Shown one piece after another: positions 1 to 10,284 of a stretch of 32,000 bases of DNA. The notes under the pieces are model-generated. The model worked only from the letters and a program-made list of their open reading frames with translations, ran no database searches and had not been told where the DNA came from. Both the position numbers and the translations under genes were made by a program. The stretch lies in NCBI RefSeq assembly GCF_000009045.1, contig NC_000964.3, forward strand, positions 2,280,001 through 2,312,000, written 5' to 3'. The stretch is from Bacillus subtilis subsp. subtilis str. 168. Its GTDB lineage: Bacteria > Bacillota > Bacilli > Bacillales > Bacillaceae. Position 1 is the stretch's first letter, and each line of letters opens with the position of its first letter.

Positions 1-867
1 GCAGCATTCACTTTGAGCTTATCGTTGGCAGCCTGCAGCTCAAATGATTCTGAAAAAGTAAGCACAGAAAAAGAAACACCACAAGCGTCTACGGATGTGG
101 AAAAGAAAACAGAACAAAAGGAATCTACTAAAGAAAAAACTGCTGACAAGTCTAAGGAAAAAGACAAAAAGGAATTGGTCGATGTTACTCTAGATAGAGC
201 TGTTGATGGTGACACAATTAAAGTTACCTACAACGGAAATGTAGACACAGTACGCTACTTGCTCATAGACACACCTGAAACAAAGAAACCAAATTCTTGT
301 GTTCAACCATATGGTGAGGATGCGTCAAAACGAAATAAAGAATTGGTCAACAGTGGTAAGCTGCAGCTTGAATTTGACAAAGGTGATCGCAGAGATAAAT
401 ACGGAAGACTATTAGCTTATGTTTATGTGGATGGCAAATCTGTTCAGGAAACATTGCTAAAAGAAGGATTGGCCAGAGTAGCGTATGTATATGAGCCAAA
501 TACGAAATACATAGATCAATTTAAGAAAGACGAGCAAGAAGCAAAATCAGAGAAGCTTTCAATCTGGAGCAAGAATGGATATGTGACTGACCGAGGATTT
601 AATGGCTGTGTGAAAGAGAAAACCACTGCAGTTAAAAAAGCAACAACATCTAAACCGGCAGCAACACAGCCTACAACTCCAAAGGCATCAAGTGAAACTT
701 CGACTACAACTGAAAAAGAAGCTTCTTCAGAGACAACTGGAGGAACAGAAACATTTAAAAATTGCACAGAGTTAAGAAAGAAATATCCGAATGGAGTGCC
801 TAGCTCCCACCCTGCTTACCAATCTAAAATGGACAGGGATCATGACAACTATGCTTGTGAACGATGA
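1..867 (+). CDS. yokF: Thermonuclease-like (SNase fold) lipoprotein with C-terminal excalibur-type calcium-binding motif; 5' end lies off the window
   Basis: Lipobox-like LSLAACSS; SNase-like VDGDTIKVTYNG...RYLLIDTPETK...YGEDASKRNKELV...DKYGRLLAYVYVDGKSVQETLLKEGLARVAYVY; C-terminal NCTELRKKYPNGVPSSHPAYQSKMDRDHDNYACE; frame is open to base 1. Confidence 0.9.
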   Translation, partial: AAFTLSLSLAACSSNDSEKVSTEKETPQASTDVEKKTEQKESTKEKTADKSKEKDKKELVDVTLDRAVDGDTIKVTYNGNVDTVRYLLIDTPETKKPNSCVQPYGEDASKRNKELVNSGKLQLEFDKGDRRDKYGRLLAYVYVDGKSVQETLLKEGLARVAYVYEPNTKYIDQFKKDEQEAKSEKLSIWSKNGYVTDRGFNGCVKEKTTAVKKATTSKPAATQPTTPKASSETSTTTEKEASSETTGGTETFKNCTELRKKYPNGVPSSHPAYQSKMDRDHDNYACER

Positions 868-877
868 AAGGAGATAA

Positions 878-1363
878 GTGATGGGACAAAAATTTCATAA
901 ATTAAACTCTAAGTATGGAATCATAGATTATCCAATACTTTTAAAAGATCTTGAGTCCATCATTCAAGAATTCCCTAAATCAGAAAGAAAGTTTTATGAG
1001 TATGCAATTAAAGCTTTAAAAAAGGAAGTTGGGAAAAAGGAAAAGATTTTACATATGACTTCTGCAGATCCAAAGCTTACTAAATTTGGTTTTATGGTTA
1101 TCACTGAAAAGAAACTTCTATTTGTCACTATGAAAGGCGGTTTTTTCGGGGGTGCAGATACTGAAGTTGTTGAATTTAAAAGTATCAAAGAAGTTGACTT
1201 CGATATTGCTCCAAATCCCTTGGGAATGGCCACGATGCAATTGGGTATCCTCCATTTAAAAATCAAAGGTAAGCTTGGAATGAGTAGCAAGCGTACCATT
1301 AGAAATATTGATGAACATTCTCTTGATAAAATAGTAGCTATACTAAGAGAGCAAACAAAATAA
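878..1363 (+). CDS. yokE: YokE-like protein with a bacterial PH-like domain
   Basis: 161-aa ORF just downstream of yokF; KLTKFGFMVITEKKLLFVTMKGGFFGGADTEVVEFKSIKEVDF resembles bacterial PH-like domains; followed by a terminator. Confidence 0.8.
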   Translation: MMGQKFHKLNSKYGIIDYPILLKDLESIIQEFPKSERKFYEYAIKALKKEVGKKEKILHMTSADPKLTKFGFMVITEKKLLFVTMKGGFFGGADTEVVEFKSIKEVDFDIAPNPLGMATMQLGILHLKIKGKLGMSSKRTIRNIDEHSLDKIVAILREQTK

Positions 1364-1393
1364 AAAGCCCGTTTTTGGGCTTTTCTTTTTTTA
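1362..1393 (+). terminator. Rho-independent terminator after yokE
   Basis: AAAAGCCCgtttttGGGCTTTTctttttt hairpin with T-tract. Confidence 0.85.
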
Positions 1394-1564
1394 TATGGCT
1401 AAGTTAAAGATAAAGGTTGATTTAATATTATGGATAACGGAGTTTCTTATATTTTATGTAGTTTTAAATGGATTTCTAAGTTTACTTGGTTATTTATGTT
1501 AAACTAAATATAAAGAGATTGTAATAACTTCCACTTAAATTAACGGGTCAGTTAGTTTAAGAAG

Positions 1565-1606
1565 ATGAATAAAAAAACAACACCTTTCATCAAGGGGTCT
1601 TGCTAA
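1565..1606 (+). other. Possible 13-aa leader peptide ORF (MNKKTTPFIKGSC*) upstream of yokD
   Basis: ATG AAT AAA AAA ACA ACA CCT TTC ATC AAG GGG TCT TGC TAA, about 60 nt before the yokD start; only weak RBS (AGAAG). Confidence 0.2.
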
Positions 1607-1666
1607 TTTAATTGTTGCAAACTTACAGAGTATCTAATAAGAGGTTATAGATAGGAGATGAACTAA

Positions 1667-2485
1667 ATGAAAAAAATAGTTGAAAGTACAACTTTTCCAA
1701 GAACAAAACAGTCTATAACAGAAGATTTGAAAGCTTTAGGATTAAAGAAAGGGATGACCGTACTTGTACATTCCTCTTTATCTTCTATAGGATGGGTAAA
1801 TGGTGGAGCTGTTGCTGTGATTCAAGCATTAATAGATGTTGTTACTGAAGAAGGTACCATCGTGATGCCTTCTCAATCCGTGGAATTATCTGACCCAAAA
1901 GAATGGGGAAACCCTCCCGTACCAGAGGAGTGGTGGGATATTATTAGAGAAAGTATGCCAGCCTATAATTCTAACTATACCCCCACTACTAGAGGGATGG
2001 GGCAAATAGTAGAGTTATTCAGGTCTTATCCAGAAGTTAAAAGAAGTAATCACCCAAACTACTCCTTTGTAGCTTGGGGAAAACATAAAAACAAAATCCT
2101 TAATCAACATCCTTTAGAATTCGGACTGGGTGAACAATCACCTCTGGGGAAACTTTATATACGGGAATCATATGTATTATTATTAGGTGCTGATTTTGAT
2201 AGTAGTACCTGCTTCCATCTTGCTGAGTACAGAATTCCTTATCAAAAAATTATAAACAGGGGTGCACCTATAATAGTAGAAGGTAAAAGAGTATGGAAAG
2301 AATATAAAGAACTTGAATTTAGAGAAGAACTATTTCAAGAAGTCGGTCAAGCGTTTGAAGCAGAACATAATATGAAAGTTGGCAAAGTGGGTTCTGCTAA
2401 TTGCCGCCTTTTTTCACTTACAGAAGCAGTGGATTTTGCTGAGAAATGGTTTATTAATAATGATAGTAAAAATATAAAAAAATAG
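1667..2485 (+). CDS. yokD: Aminoglycoside N3-acetyltransferase-like protein
   Basis: 272 aa; GMTVLVHSSLSSIGWVNGGAVAVIQALIDVVTEEGTIVMPSQ and later HPNYSFVAWGK motifs typical of the AAC(3) family; GGAG RBS upstream. Confidence 0.9.
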   Translation: MKKIVESTTFPRTKQSITEDLKALGLKKGMTVLVHSSLSSIGWVNGGAVAVIQALIDVVTEEGTIVMPSQSVELSDPKEWGNPPVPEEWWDIIRESMPAYNSNYTPTTRGMGQIVELFRSYPEVKRSNHPNYSFVAWGKHKNKILNQHPLEFGLGEQSPLGKLYIRESYVLLLGADFDSSTCFHLAEYRIPYQKIINRGAPIIVEGKRVWKEYKELEFREELFQEVGQAFEAEHNMKVGKVGSANCRLFSLTEAVDFAEKWFINNDSKNIKK

Positions 2486-2504
2486 CTTGGTCTACCAAAT
2501 GAGT

Positions 2505-2639
2505 TTAGTAACACTTTTTAAAACTATCGGGTTCTTTAGGTTTAAAATTGACAGTTAAATCATTGAGCTTGGAAGGAAATTTTTCAAGCTTATTTTTAGT
2601 GTCCACCTGTTTAGCCTTTTCACTGAGAAGGCCTCCCAC
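2505..2639 (-). other. Possible 44-aa GTG-start ORF or remnant of a C-terminal coding region
   Basis: Minus-strand frame VGGLLSEKAKQVDTKNKLEKFPSKLNDLTVNFKPKEPDSFKKCY*; GAGG upstream; in-frame stop immediately before. Confidence 0.25.
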
Positions 2640-2800
2640 TCTTTTGATCCTCGCTTAACAATGGGAGGGCTTAACTCGTTATAAAAATAAGCGCTCTCCC
2701 CTTCGGAAATACGCCTGGCTATTTATTACCTTATTATCATATTAGCCGATGTAAAGCAAAACAGAGTGTCACGTTGACTCAAAAATTTTGTCAAATCATT

Positions 2801-2956
2801 TCATCCATAATAATCATCTGAATTGTAATTAAAGTACTCAAAAGTATCTTCAATGACTTTCTTGCAGATATCACATACATCCCAATGTCCCATATCATTT
2901 TGTTCGGTATAAACTTTGGACACTTCACAAGTGCAATAGTCTACTTCTTTAAACAT
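2801..2956 (-). CDS. Small Cys-rich protein (CxC...CxxC, putative zinc-binding), 51 aa
   Basis: MFKEVDYCTCEVSKVYTEQNDMGHWDVCDICKKVIEDTFEYFNYNSDDYYG*; strong RBS (AAGGGGG ataagc ATG); absent from the ORF track, apparently too short. Confidence 0.7.
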   Translation of the reverse strand: MFKEVDYCTCEVSKVYTEQNDMGHWDVCDICKKVIEDTFEYFNYNSDDYYG

Positions 2957-3135
2957 GCTTATCCCCCTTCGTCTTTGAGATTATCATACCACGTAATCCA
3001 CGAATTAACTTATGCTTTATACAATGCGGCTCGCCTCTTCATTCTTTAATTTCCTTCACTAAGTAAATCACTTTACAAATCCACCAAAAATGCAGATTCA
3101 AAGCCCTTTGCAACTCTCTGTTGTATAAATCAATT

Positions 3136-3651
3136 TTATATCCCCCATTCAGTGACTGCATAAATAATTTCATTTGGGTTAGGATCATGATCTAAATATC
3201 CGCCATATCGAGACACTAGAACCCCATATTTAAAATTAAAGTCAATAATCCATAAATCGCTGTTATTTATTTGTTCCCACAGAAAATTAAAGTTCTCTAT
3301 TATCCAGTTACCGTTAATCAGAAAAATTGGGCTATCCTCTATCCCTAAATATAAGTAAACTTGTTCATCAGGAAGCTTAGTTTGTTGCACATGATTGATC
3401 ACTTCATATTCCCAACTGTATTCTTTTCTATGCTCACTGTATTTAATTGCAAAATCATTTTTATGTAACTCAAAGTTCCATTTTTTCTGAACTTTATCTA
3501 GGATTCTTTCTAATTCAGGAGATGTGATTAGACTACAATCCTCAATAGTAGTTGCCATATCACGAGGCAGTGTTGACATCAATGTTACTCGGAGGCTTTT
3601 TTGTTTGTTTATTTTCAACTTCTGTCTAAGAAGCATTTTTCGATTGTCCAT
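3136..3651 (-). CDS. yokC: Uncharacterised SPbeta-type protein, 171 aa
   Basis: ORF restarted at MDNRKMLLRQ because GGAGG lies at proper spacing before that ATG; the track start at 3753 is upstream of this RBS. Confidence 0.75.
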   Translation of the reverse strand: MDNRKMLLRQKLKINKQKSLRVTLMSTLPRDMATTIEDCSLITSPELERILDKVQKKWNFELHKNDFAIKYSEHRKEYSWEYEVINHVQQTKLPDEQVYLYLGIEDSPIFLINGNWIIENFNFLWEQINNSDLWIIDFNFKYGVLVSRYGGYLDHDPNPNEIIYAVTEWGI

Positions 3652-3797
3652 ACTATCCTCCATAAATAATAATGTAAGGTTAATAAAAGAAGCCAGAGAG
3701 TATGTGAGGGAACTCTCTGGCCTATAGTGGTTGATACACCAACTATGATACATATACAGGATACTTTATATTTGTGATGTATTCAAGCAGCTTTCAG

Positions 3798-3827
3798 GTT
3801 TAAATAAAATGTGAATTTTATTTAAAC
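3798..3827. repeat. Perfect AT-rich inverted repeat, 12-bp arms and 6-nt loop
   Basis: GTTTAAATAAAA tgtgaa TTTTATTTAAAC. Confidence 0.85.
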
Positions 3828-3857
3828 TACTTAACGTACACTTATTTATACTGCTAC

Positions 3858-4568
3858 TTATTTATTGTCCTTTATATGCTCTTCCCCATAAATACTCTTC
3901 ATTGTTTCTTCACGTTTTTTCTCTTCCCTTTTCTCTTCCTCTGGAGATACTTTCTTTACTTCTGGTATTTCCATGTTTTTAAGTTTGTCATACACCATAG
4001 GGCGTGAATATCTTCCTGTGCTGCCGGGAAAATATGCGTCTATCAAGTTGTATTTATTATCCATCAACATTTCAAACTCATAGTAAGTATCCGCTTGGTT
4101 TCCAGTTCCTTTTATTTCATAAGAAGATTGAATGTAATATAAACCATCATCCCTTTTTTCTACCAAACTTTTTTCATAATCAGCTGGAATTGTTCTTTCT
4201 GGTACTCCGAACATTTCTTTAACAAGCCAGGATACTTTTTCATAGATATCTTTATGTGTAGTACTTGTTTGAGACTTTGCAGAATATTTATCTGTTTCGC
4301 TTGCATCCAACTCCTTTTGCCCTTCTTCACTTTTATAGTACTCAGTGATCTGTTCACACTCTTCTTTTCCGTACACTTCAATACAATCATCCATATTTGG
4401 AGTATCCGCGAGTTTATTATCATTTTCCTTTACACCTTCTTCGGAGGATTCCTCTTTAGACTCATTTTTATTTTTAGAACCATCATTTGAATTCGCACTA
4501 CTTTCAGCACACCCACCAGTGAAGAAAATAAAAGATACACAAACTAACATTGAAAAGCGAATATTCAT
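3858..4568 (-). CDS. yokB: Uncharacterised prophage lipoprotein
   Basis: 236 aa; signal peptide with lipobox FFTGGC followed by a charged low-complexity linker. Confidence 0.85.
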   Translation of the reverse strand: MNIRFSMLVCVSFIFFTGGCAESSANSNDGSKNKNESKEESSEEGVKENDNKLADTPNMDDCIEVYGKEECEQITEYYKSEEGQKELDASETDKYSAKSQTSTTHKDIYEKVSWLVKEMFGVPERTIPADYEKSLVEKRDDGLYYIQSSYEIKGTGNQADTYYEFEMLMDNKYNLIDAYFPGSTGRYSRPMVYDKLKNMEIPEVKKVSPEEEKREEKKREETMKSIYGEEHIKDNK

Positions 4569-4755
4569 AAAGCCCTCCTGGATTTATAAAGTATTTACAA
4601 TGAATTTAGATGAACTAATTATAACCCATGTTCAAGAAGGTTTTTCATAAAATTTCAATCAATTCAATTCCTTCAAATTATTGTATTGTTTTCGTATTCA
4701 ATGTCAGATAAAATATTCTTAATTAAGTTTCTGTTTTGACATTAAACACAAATAA

Positions 4756-6408
<1,653 letters not shown>

Positions 6409-6432
6409 GAAAAGTAGTAAGTATCTTAAAAA

Positions 6433-6448
6433 ACAGATAAAGCTGTAT
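6433..6448. other. SPbeta att core site (prophage-chromosome junction)
   Basis: ACAGATAAAGCTGTAT, matching the recalled 16-bp SPbeta core; ACAG/CTGT symmetric about AA at 6439-6440. Confidence 0.92.
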
Positions 6449-7053
6449 CTCCTGTGAACACAATGGGTGCCACCAAGCTGTTATCTGAAAAGCTGTTTCA
6501 TCAAGCAAACCGCCACGTCCAAAACAAAGGAACCTTGTTTTGTTCGGTCCGCTTTGGAAATGTTCTCGGTTCCAGAGGTTCGGTCATCCCCATATTATTT
6601 GAACAGATGATGGAGGGTGAACCTCTGACCATCACAGACAAAAACATGACCAGATTTTTCATGTCAATAGACGATGCAGCTACATTGACATTACAATCGG
6701 CTGCTATTACAAAAGGCGGAGAAACCTTTATTTTCAAAATGGAATCACTGAAACTTGAAGAACTGATTCATGGGTTTGAAGAATATGCATCGCAGCACGG
6801 GCTCCCGCGGCCGGCTGCAGTAGAAGTGGGCAAGCGTCCAGGTGAAAAGCTTCACGAAGAATTAACATCTCCACATGAAATTGAATCACTGTATGAATGG
6901 GGCAACCTTTATGCGATCCTTCCAGAGCCGGAAAAACATCCTGACTTTCGCAAAGTCAATCTGCCTGGGTATCAATCAGATCAAGCCCCGCTCATTACGA
7001 AAGAAAGAATTGCTCAGATTATTGAAGAATTGCATCAAGAGAAAAAGGCATAA
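6433..7053 (+). pseudogene. spsM: 3' fragment of spsM/ypqP (spore polysaccharide synthesis, NAD-dependent epimerase/dehydratase), split by the prophage
   Basis: Frame reads TDKAVSPVNTMGATKLLSEKLFHQANR..., entered mid-motif at the att core; in-frame TAA at 6427-6429 upstream; track GTG start at 6454 is unlikely to be genuine. Confidence 0.93.
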
Positions 7054-7092
7054 AAACAAGCCTGTCTATCCATTAGGCAGGCCTGTTTTTAA
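7054..7092. terminator. Terminator between convergent spsM fragment and msrB
   Basis: AAAACAAGCCTGTC...GGCAGGCCTGTTTTT hairpin. Confidence 0.75.
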
Positions 7093-7096
7093 CAGT

Positions 7097-7528
7097 TTAT
7101 TTATTAAAGAGATGCAGATAGCTTTCGTATCCTTCTTCTTTTAGCTTATGCTTCGGAACAAACCGCAGCGCTGCTGAATTTATGCAGTAACGAAGTCCGT
7201 TTGGCCCCGGTCCGTCATTAAATACGTGGCCAAGATGAGAATCAGCAGTTCGGCTTCTTACTTCTGTGCGAATCATGCCGTGGCTCGTGTCCAGTTTTTC
7301 TTCCACTTCTTCTTCAATCGGCTTTGTAAAGCTTGGCCAGCCGCATTGGGAATCAAATTTATCTTTGGATGTAAACAATGGCTTGCCTGACACAATGTCT
7401 ACATACAACCCTTCTTCCTTATGATCCCAATATTCATTTTGAAATGGCGGCTCCGTGCCGTTATTTTGCGTTACTTCATATTGCATGCGATTTAATGACT
7501 TTATTTTTTCTTCTTTATTGTACGCCAT
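7097..7528 (-). CDS. msrB: Peptide-methionine (R)-S-oxide reductase
   Basis: 143 aa; CGWPSF..., [21 protein letters not shown]..., [11 protein letters not shown]. Confidence 0.96.
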   Translation of the reverse strand: MAYNKEEKIKSLNRMQYEVTQNNGTEPPFQNEYWDHKEEGLYVDIVSGKPLFTSKDKFDSQCGWPSFTKPIEEEVEEKLDTSHGMIRTEVRSRTADSHLGHVFNDGPGPNGLRYCINSAALRFVPKHKLKEEGYESYLHLFNK

Positions 7529-8062
7529 TTATTTAGCCCCCCAATGCTCGCTGATAAATCCCGCTCGTCCGGAACCTGTCCGGTAGCGCTGATAATGTGC
7601 TGGATTCTTTTTATAAAAATGCTGATGGTAGCCTTCCGCTTCATAGAAAGGTTCAGCTTTTAAAATGTCCGTTACAATCGGATCTTTAAAGATGCCGCTT
7701 TCCGCCAGACGTTGCTTGGAAGCTTCCGCAAGCTCCTTTTGTTTATCATTATGATAAAAAATGGCTGCGCGATAGGAACTGCCGCGATCAGCAAATTGCC
7801 CTCCGGCATCTGTCGGATCGATTTGCTGCCAAAATAATTCAAGCAGTTTTTCATAAGGGAATACATCAGGATGAAACGTGATTTGAACGGCTTCACGATG
7901 TCCCGTCGTTTCACTGCACACCTCTTCGTACGTAGGGTTTTCAGTATGGCCGCCTGTATACCCGGACACCACTTTTTCAATTCCCGGCTGTTCGTCAAAA
8001 GGTTTAACCATACACCAAAAACAGCCTCCTGCAAATGTGGCGATTTCTTTTTTTTCAGACAT
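7529..8062 (-). CDS. msrA: Peptide-methionine (S)-S-oxide reductase
   Basis: 177 aa; GCFWC motif and GYTGG; stop codon directly abuts the msrB ATG. Confidence 0.96.
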   Translation of the reverse strand: MSEKKEIATFAGGCFWCMVKPFDEQPGIEKVVSGYTGGHTENPTYEEVCSETTGHREAVQITFHPDVFPYEKLLELFWQQIDPTDAGGQFADRGSSYRAAIFYHNDKQKELAEASKQRLAESGIFKDPIVTDILKAEPFYEAEGYHQHFYKKNPAHYQRYRTGSGRAGFISEHWGAK

Positions 8063-8193
8063 ACTGGTGCCTCCTTTGTTAATACGTGGTATTATTATAT
8101 TATAGCATGTAAAAATAGAATGAAAATGATTCTGCTTTTCAATAAAATCTATAGGTTTTAAGCAATATGCTTATGTAATGGAGGTTCACAAAT

Positions 8194-8619
8194 TTGAAAG
8201 TAAGAACACAGATGATGTACGATATGGAAACTTTACTCCGTAAAGTCTTTAAACAAATACGCAATGAAATCAATGAAATTTTAGATAAAGAGCTGTCGCG
8301 GAATGAATTCACCATTCTTCGAATCCTTAGTGAACAAGGGCCTAAAAAAGTCACTGAATTTGCGCCTATTTTAGAGGTATCGGCAAGCCACATTACGGCT
8401 GTGACCGATGCGCTGGTAGAAAAGGAATGGATTACGAGAATCAGATCGAAGGAAGACAGACGCATCATCCGCATTCATATCACTGAAGCGGGCGAAAAAG
8501 TCCTTCAGCACTTTAACGAGAAAAAAACGGAATATTTCTTTAAACGCTTTGACTGCTACACTGATGCTGAACTTGCCACGTTAATCGAGCTCTTCAGCAA
8601 ACTTGATAAAAAACGGTGA
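8194..8619 (+). CDS. ypoP: MarR-family transcriptional regulator
   Basis: 141 aa winged-helix; LSEQGPKKVTEFAPILEVSASHITAVTDALVEKEWITRIRSKEDRRI. Confidence 0.88.
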   Translation: MKVRTQMMYDMETLLRKVFKQIRNEINEILDKELSRNEFTILRILSEQGPKKVTEFAPILEVSASHITAVTDALVEKEWITRIRSKEDRRIIRIHITEAGEKVLQHFNEKKTEYFFKRFDCYTDAELATLIELFSKLDKKR

Positions 8620-8621
8620 AA

Positions 8622-8655
8622 AAAAGCACATACCGATATATAGGTATGTGCTTTT
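8622..8655. terminator. Bidirectional terminator ypoP/ypnP
   Basis: AAAAGCACATACC...GGTATGTGCTTTT. Confidence 0.85.
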
Positions 8656-8668
8656 CGCAGTGCTTCAC

Positions 8669-10006
8669 TTATTTTTCAGTAAACAGCTTCATTGCTTTCC
8701 AGCGGCCATATCTATAATACAAAAATGCCGCGCAGCTGCTAAATAAAAAACTCATTCCGATTCCAAGCCCGATTCCTTTTTGTCCAAGCCAAGCTGAAAA
8801 TAGAGCTGTGAAAGGATACCTCAACACCCAAAACGAGATCAAATTTAATACCAGAACCTGCAGCATCGCTCCCGCGGCCCTGACGATTCCGTTCAGCACA
8901 AAATTAACCCCAATAAAAGGGTAGAAAAACGCGATCCACTTCAAATATTGTTCACCAAATGCGACCGCATCAGGCTCACTGATAAATAACCTTATGAGGT
9001 ATTTACCAAATACCCAAATCATAACCGCAATCACCAGCATGCAGGAAATAACAGCTATCACACCTAGCCTTGCAATTGTTCCCACTCTTTTTTCGTTTCC
9101 GATTCCAATATTTTGCCCTGCCATACTATTGACGGCCGTACCGGCAGCCATTGCTGGAAGCGTGATGATGCTATCAAGCCGCTGCACCGCGCCAAAGCCT
9201 GATACCACGTGATCCCCGTATGAGTTAACAACACTCATAATCGCCATCATACCGCCTGTAATCACCATCATCTGCAGACCTGCCGGAATCCCGAGTTTCA
9301 AAATCAGCGCGGACTCTTCCCACTTGGGCATTCTCGGAATCGAGAATGGCACAAGCTTGTGTTTGATGACATAAAACAACCCATACAAAAACGCAATGCC
9401 CTGTGACAAAATCGTTGAATAAGCCGCTCCCGCTATTCCCATGCGGAACACAGAAATAAAGAGCGGCGCAAGCACTGTATTCAGTACAACAGCAAACGCA
9501 ATAAACCGGAGAGGTGTCTTGCTGTCGCCCAGCGCACGAAGCACAGTACTGATAAAGTTATAACCAAACAAAAATAAAATGCCGATAAATTGAATCTGTA
9601 AATACGTCTCAGCAAGCGGTATCATTGACTCCGGCGTTTTTAGAAGACGCAGCAAAAGCTCTGAGAGAAAAAAACCGGCCGCGCCGAATCCGATGCTTAG
9701 GCCTGTTAATAAAACAACAAAAGCGTTAATATACGACGCCATTCCTTTTATATCATCTTTTCCTTTTTGCTGAGATAAAATGGTTAACGTCGCATTGTTA
9801 AGGCCCAAAATAAAAGACAGCACGGTCAAAACAATCGTGCTTGATACCGCGGCTGCCCCAAGGGCCTTTGCCCCCAGTAAATTGCCGATCCACAAGCTGT
9901 CTATAAATTGAAAGGAAACCTGCAATGCGTTTCCGAGCATAATAGGCATTGAAAACAGTACAAGCTGTTTCAGCACGTTCCCCTGTGTAAAATCGTATGC
10001 TTTCAT
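8669..10006 (-). CDS. ypnP: MATE-family efflux transporter
   Basis: 12-TM MATE-like protein; start chosen at MKAYDFTQGNV, preceded by AAGGAGAAAAG. Confidence 0.93.
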   Translation of the reverse strand: MKAYDFTQGNVLKQLVLFSMPIMLGNALQVSFQFIDSLWIGNLLGAKALGAAAVSSTIVLTVLSFILGLNNATLTILSQQKGKDDIKGMASYINAFVVLLTGLSIGFGAAGFFLSELLLRLLKTPESMIPLAETYLQIQFIGILFLFGYNFISTVLRALGDSKTPLRFIAFAVVLNTVLAPLFISVFRMGIAGAAYSTILSQGIAFLYGLFYVIKHKLVPFSIPRMPKWEESALILKLGIPAGLQMMVITGGMMAIMSVVNSYGDHVVSGFGAVQRLDSIITLPAMAAGTAVNSMAGQNIGIGNEKRVGTIARLGVIAVISCMLVIAVMIWVFGKYLIRLFISEPDAVAFGEQYLKWIAFFYPFIGVNFVLNGIVRAAGAMLQVLVLNLISFWVLRYPFTALFSAWLGQKGIGLGIGMSFLFSSCAAFLYYRYGRWKAMKLFTEK

Positions 10007-10047
10007 CTTTTCTCCTTGTGTTCTCAAATTTTCTTCGGACCACACGA

Positions 10048-10078
10048 AAAAAGAGACGTTGTTTCATGTCTCTTTTTT
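10048..10078 (-). terminator. Terminator downstream of ypmT
   Basis: AAAAAAGAGACg...tGTCTCTTTTTT hairpin. Confidence 0.75.
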
Positions 10079-10272
10079 CATGACTTATCGGTTTTTTTTC
10101 GGTCTCGCATACCGAATGTAAACACCATCACACTTAGGAACAAGGCACAATAGGAAACATTCAAATACATTTGATCCATATCTTCAGCAGCCAGATGATG
10201 ATAAGCAAGCCAGCCGAAGTACAGGGAAAATGTAAAGGATAATAAACTGAAATACTGGTAAATCCGTTTCAT
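10078..10272 (-). CDS. ypmT: Small membrane protein
   Basis: 64 aa with two hydrophobic segments; gene order. Confidence 0.75.
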   Translation of the reverse strand: MKRIYQYFSLLSFTFSLYFGWLAYHHLAAEDMDQMYLNVSYCALFLSVMVFTFGMRDRKKTDKS

Positions 10273-10284
10273 TTTCAGTCACCT

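Noticed and set aside
4004-4650. Plus-strand and alternate-frame ORFs across yokB
   Set aside because: yokB has a signal peptide and lipobox in its own frame; overlapping frames show no coding features.
6454-7053. Independent epimerase gene with GTG start at 6454
   Set aside because: No RBS, and the frame runs back through the att core into a conserved motif, so it is a disrupted 3' fragment.
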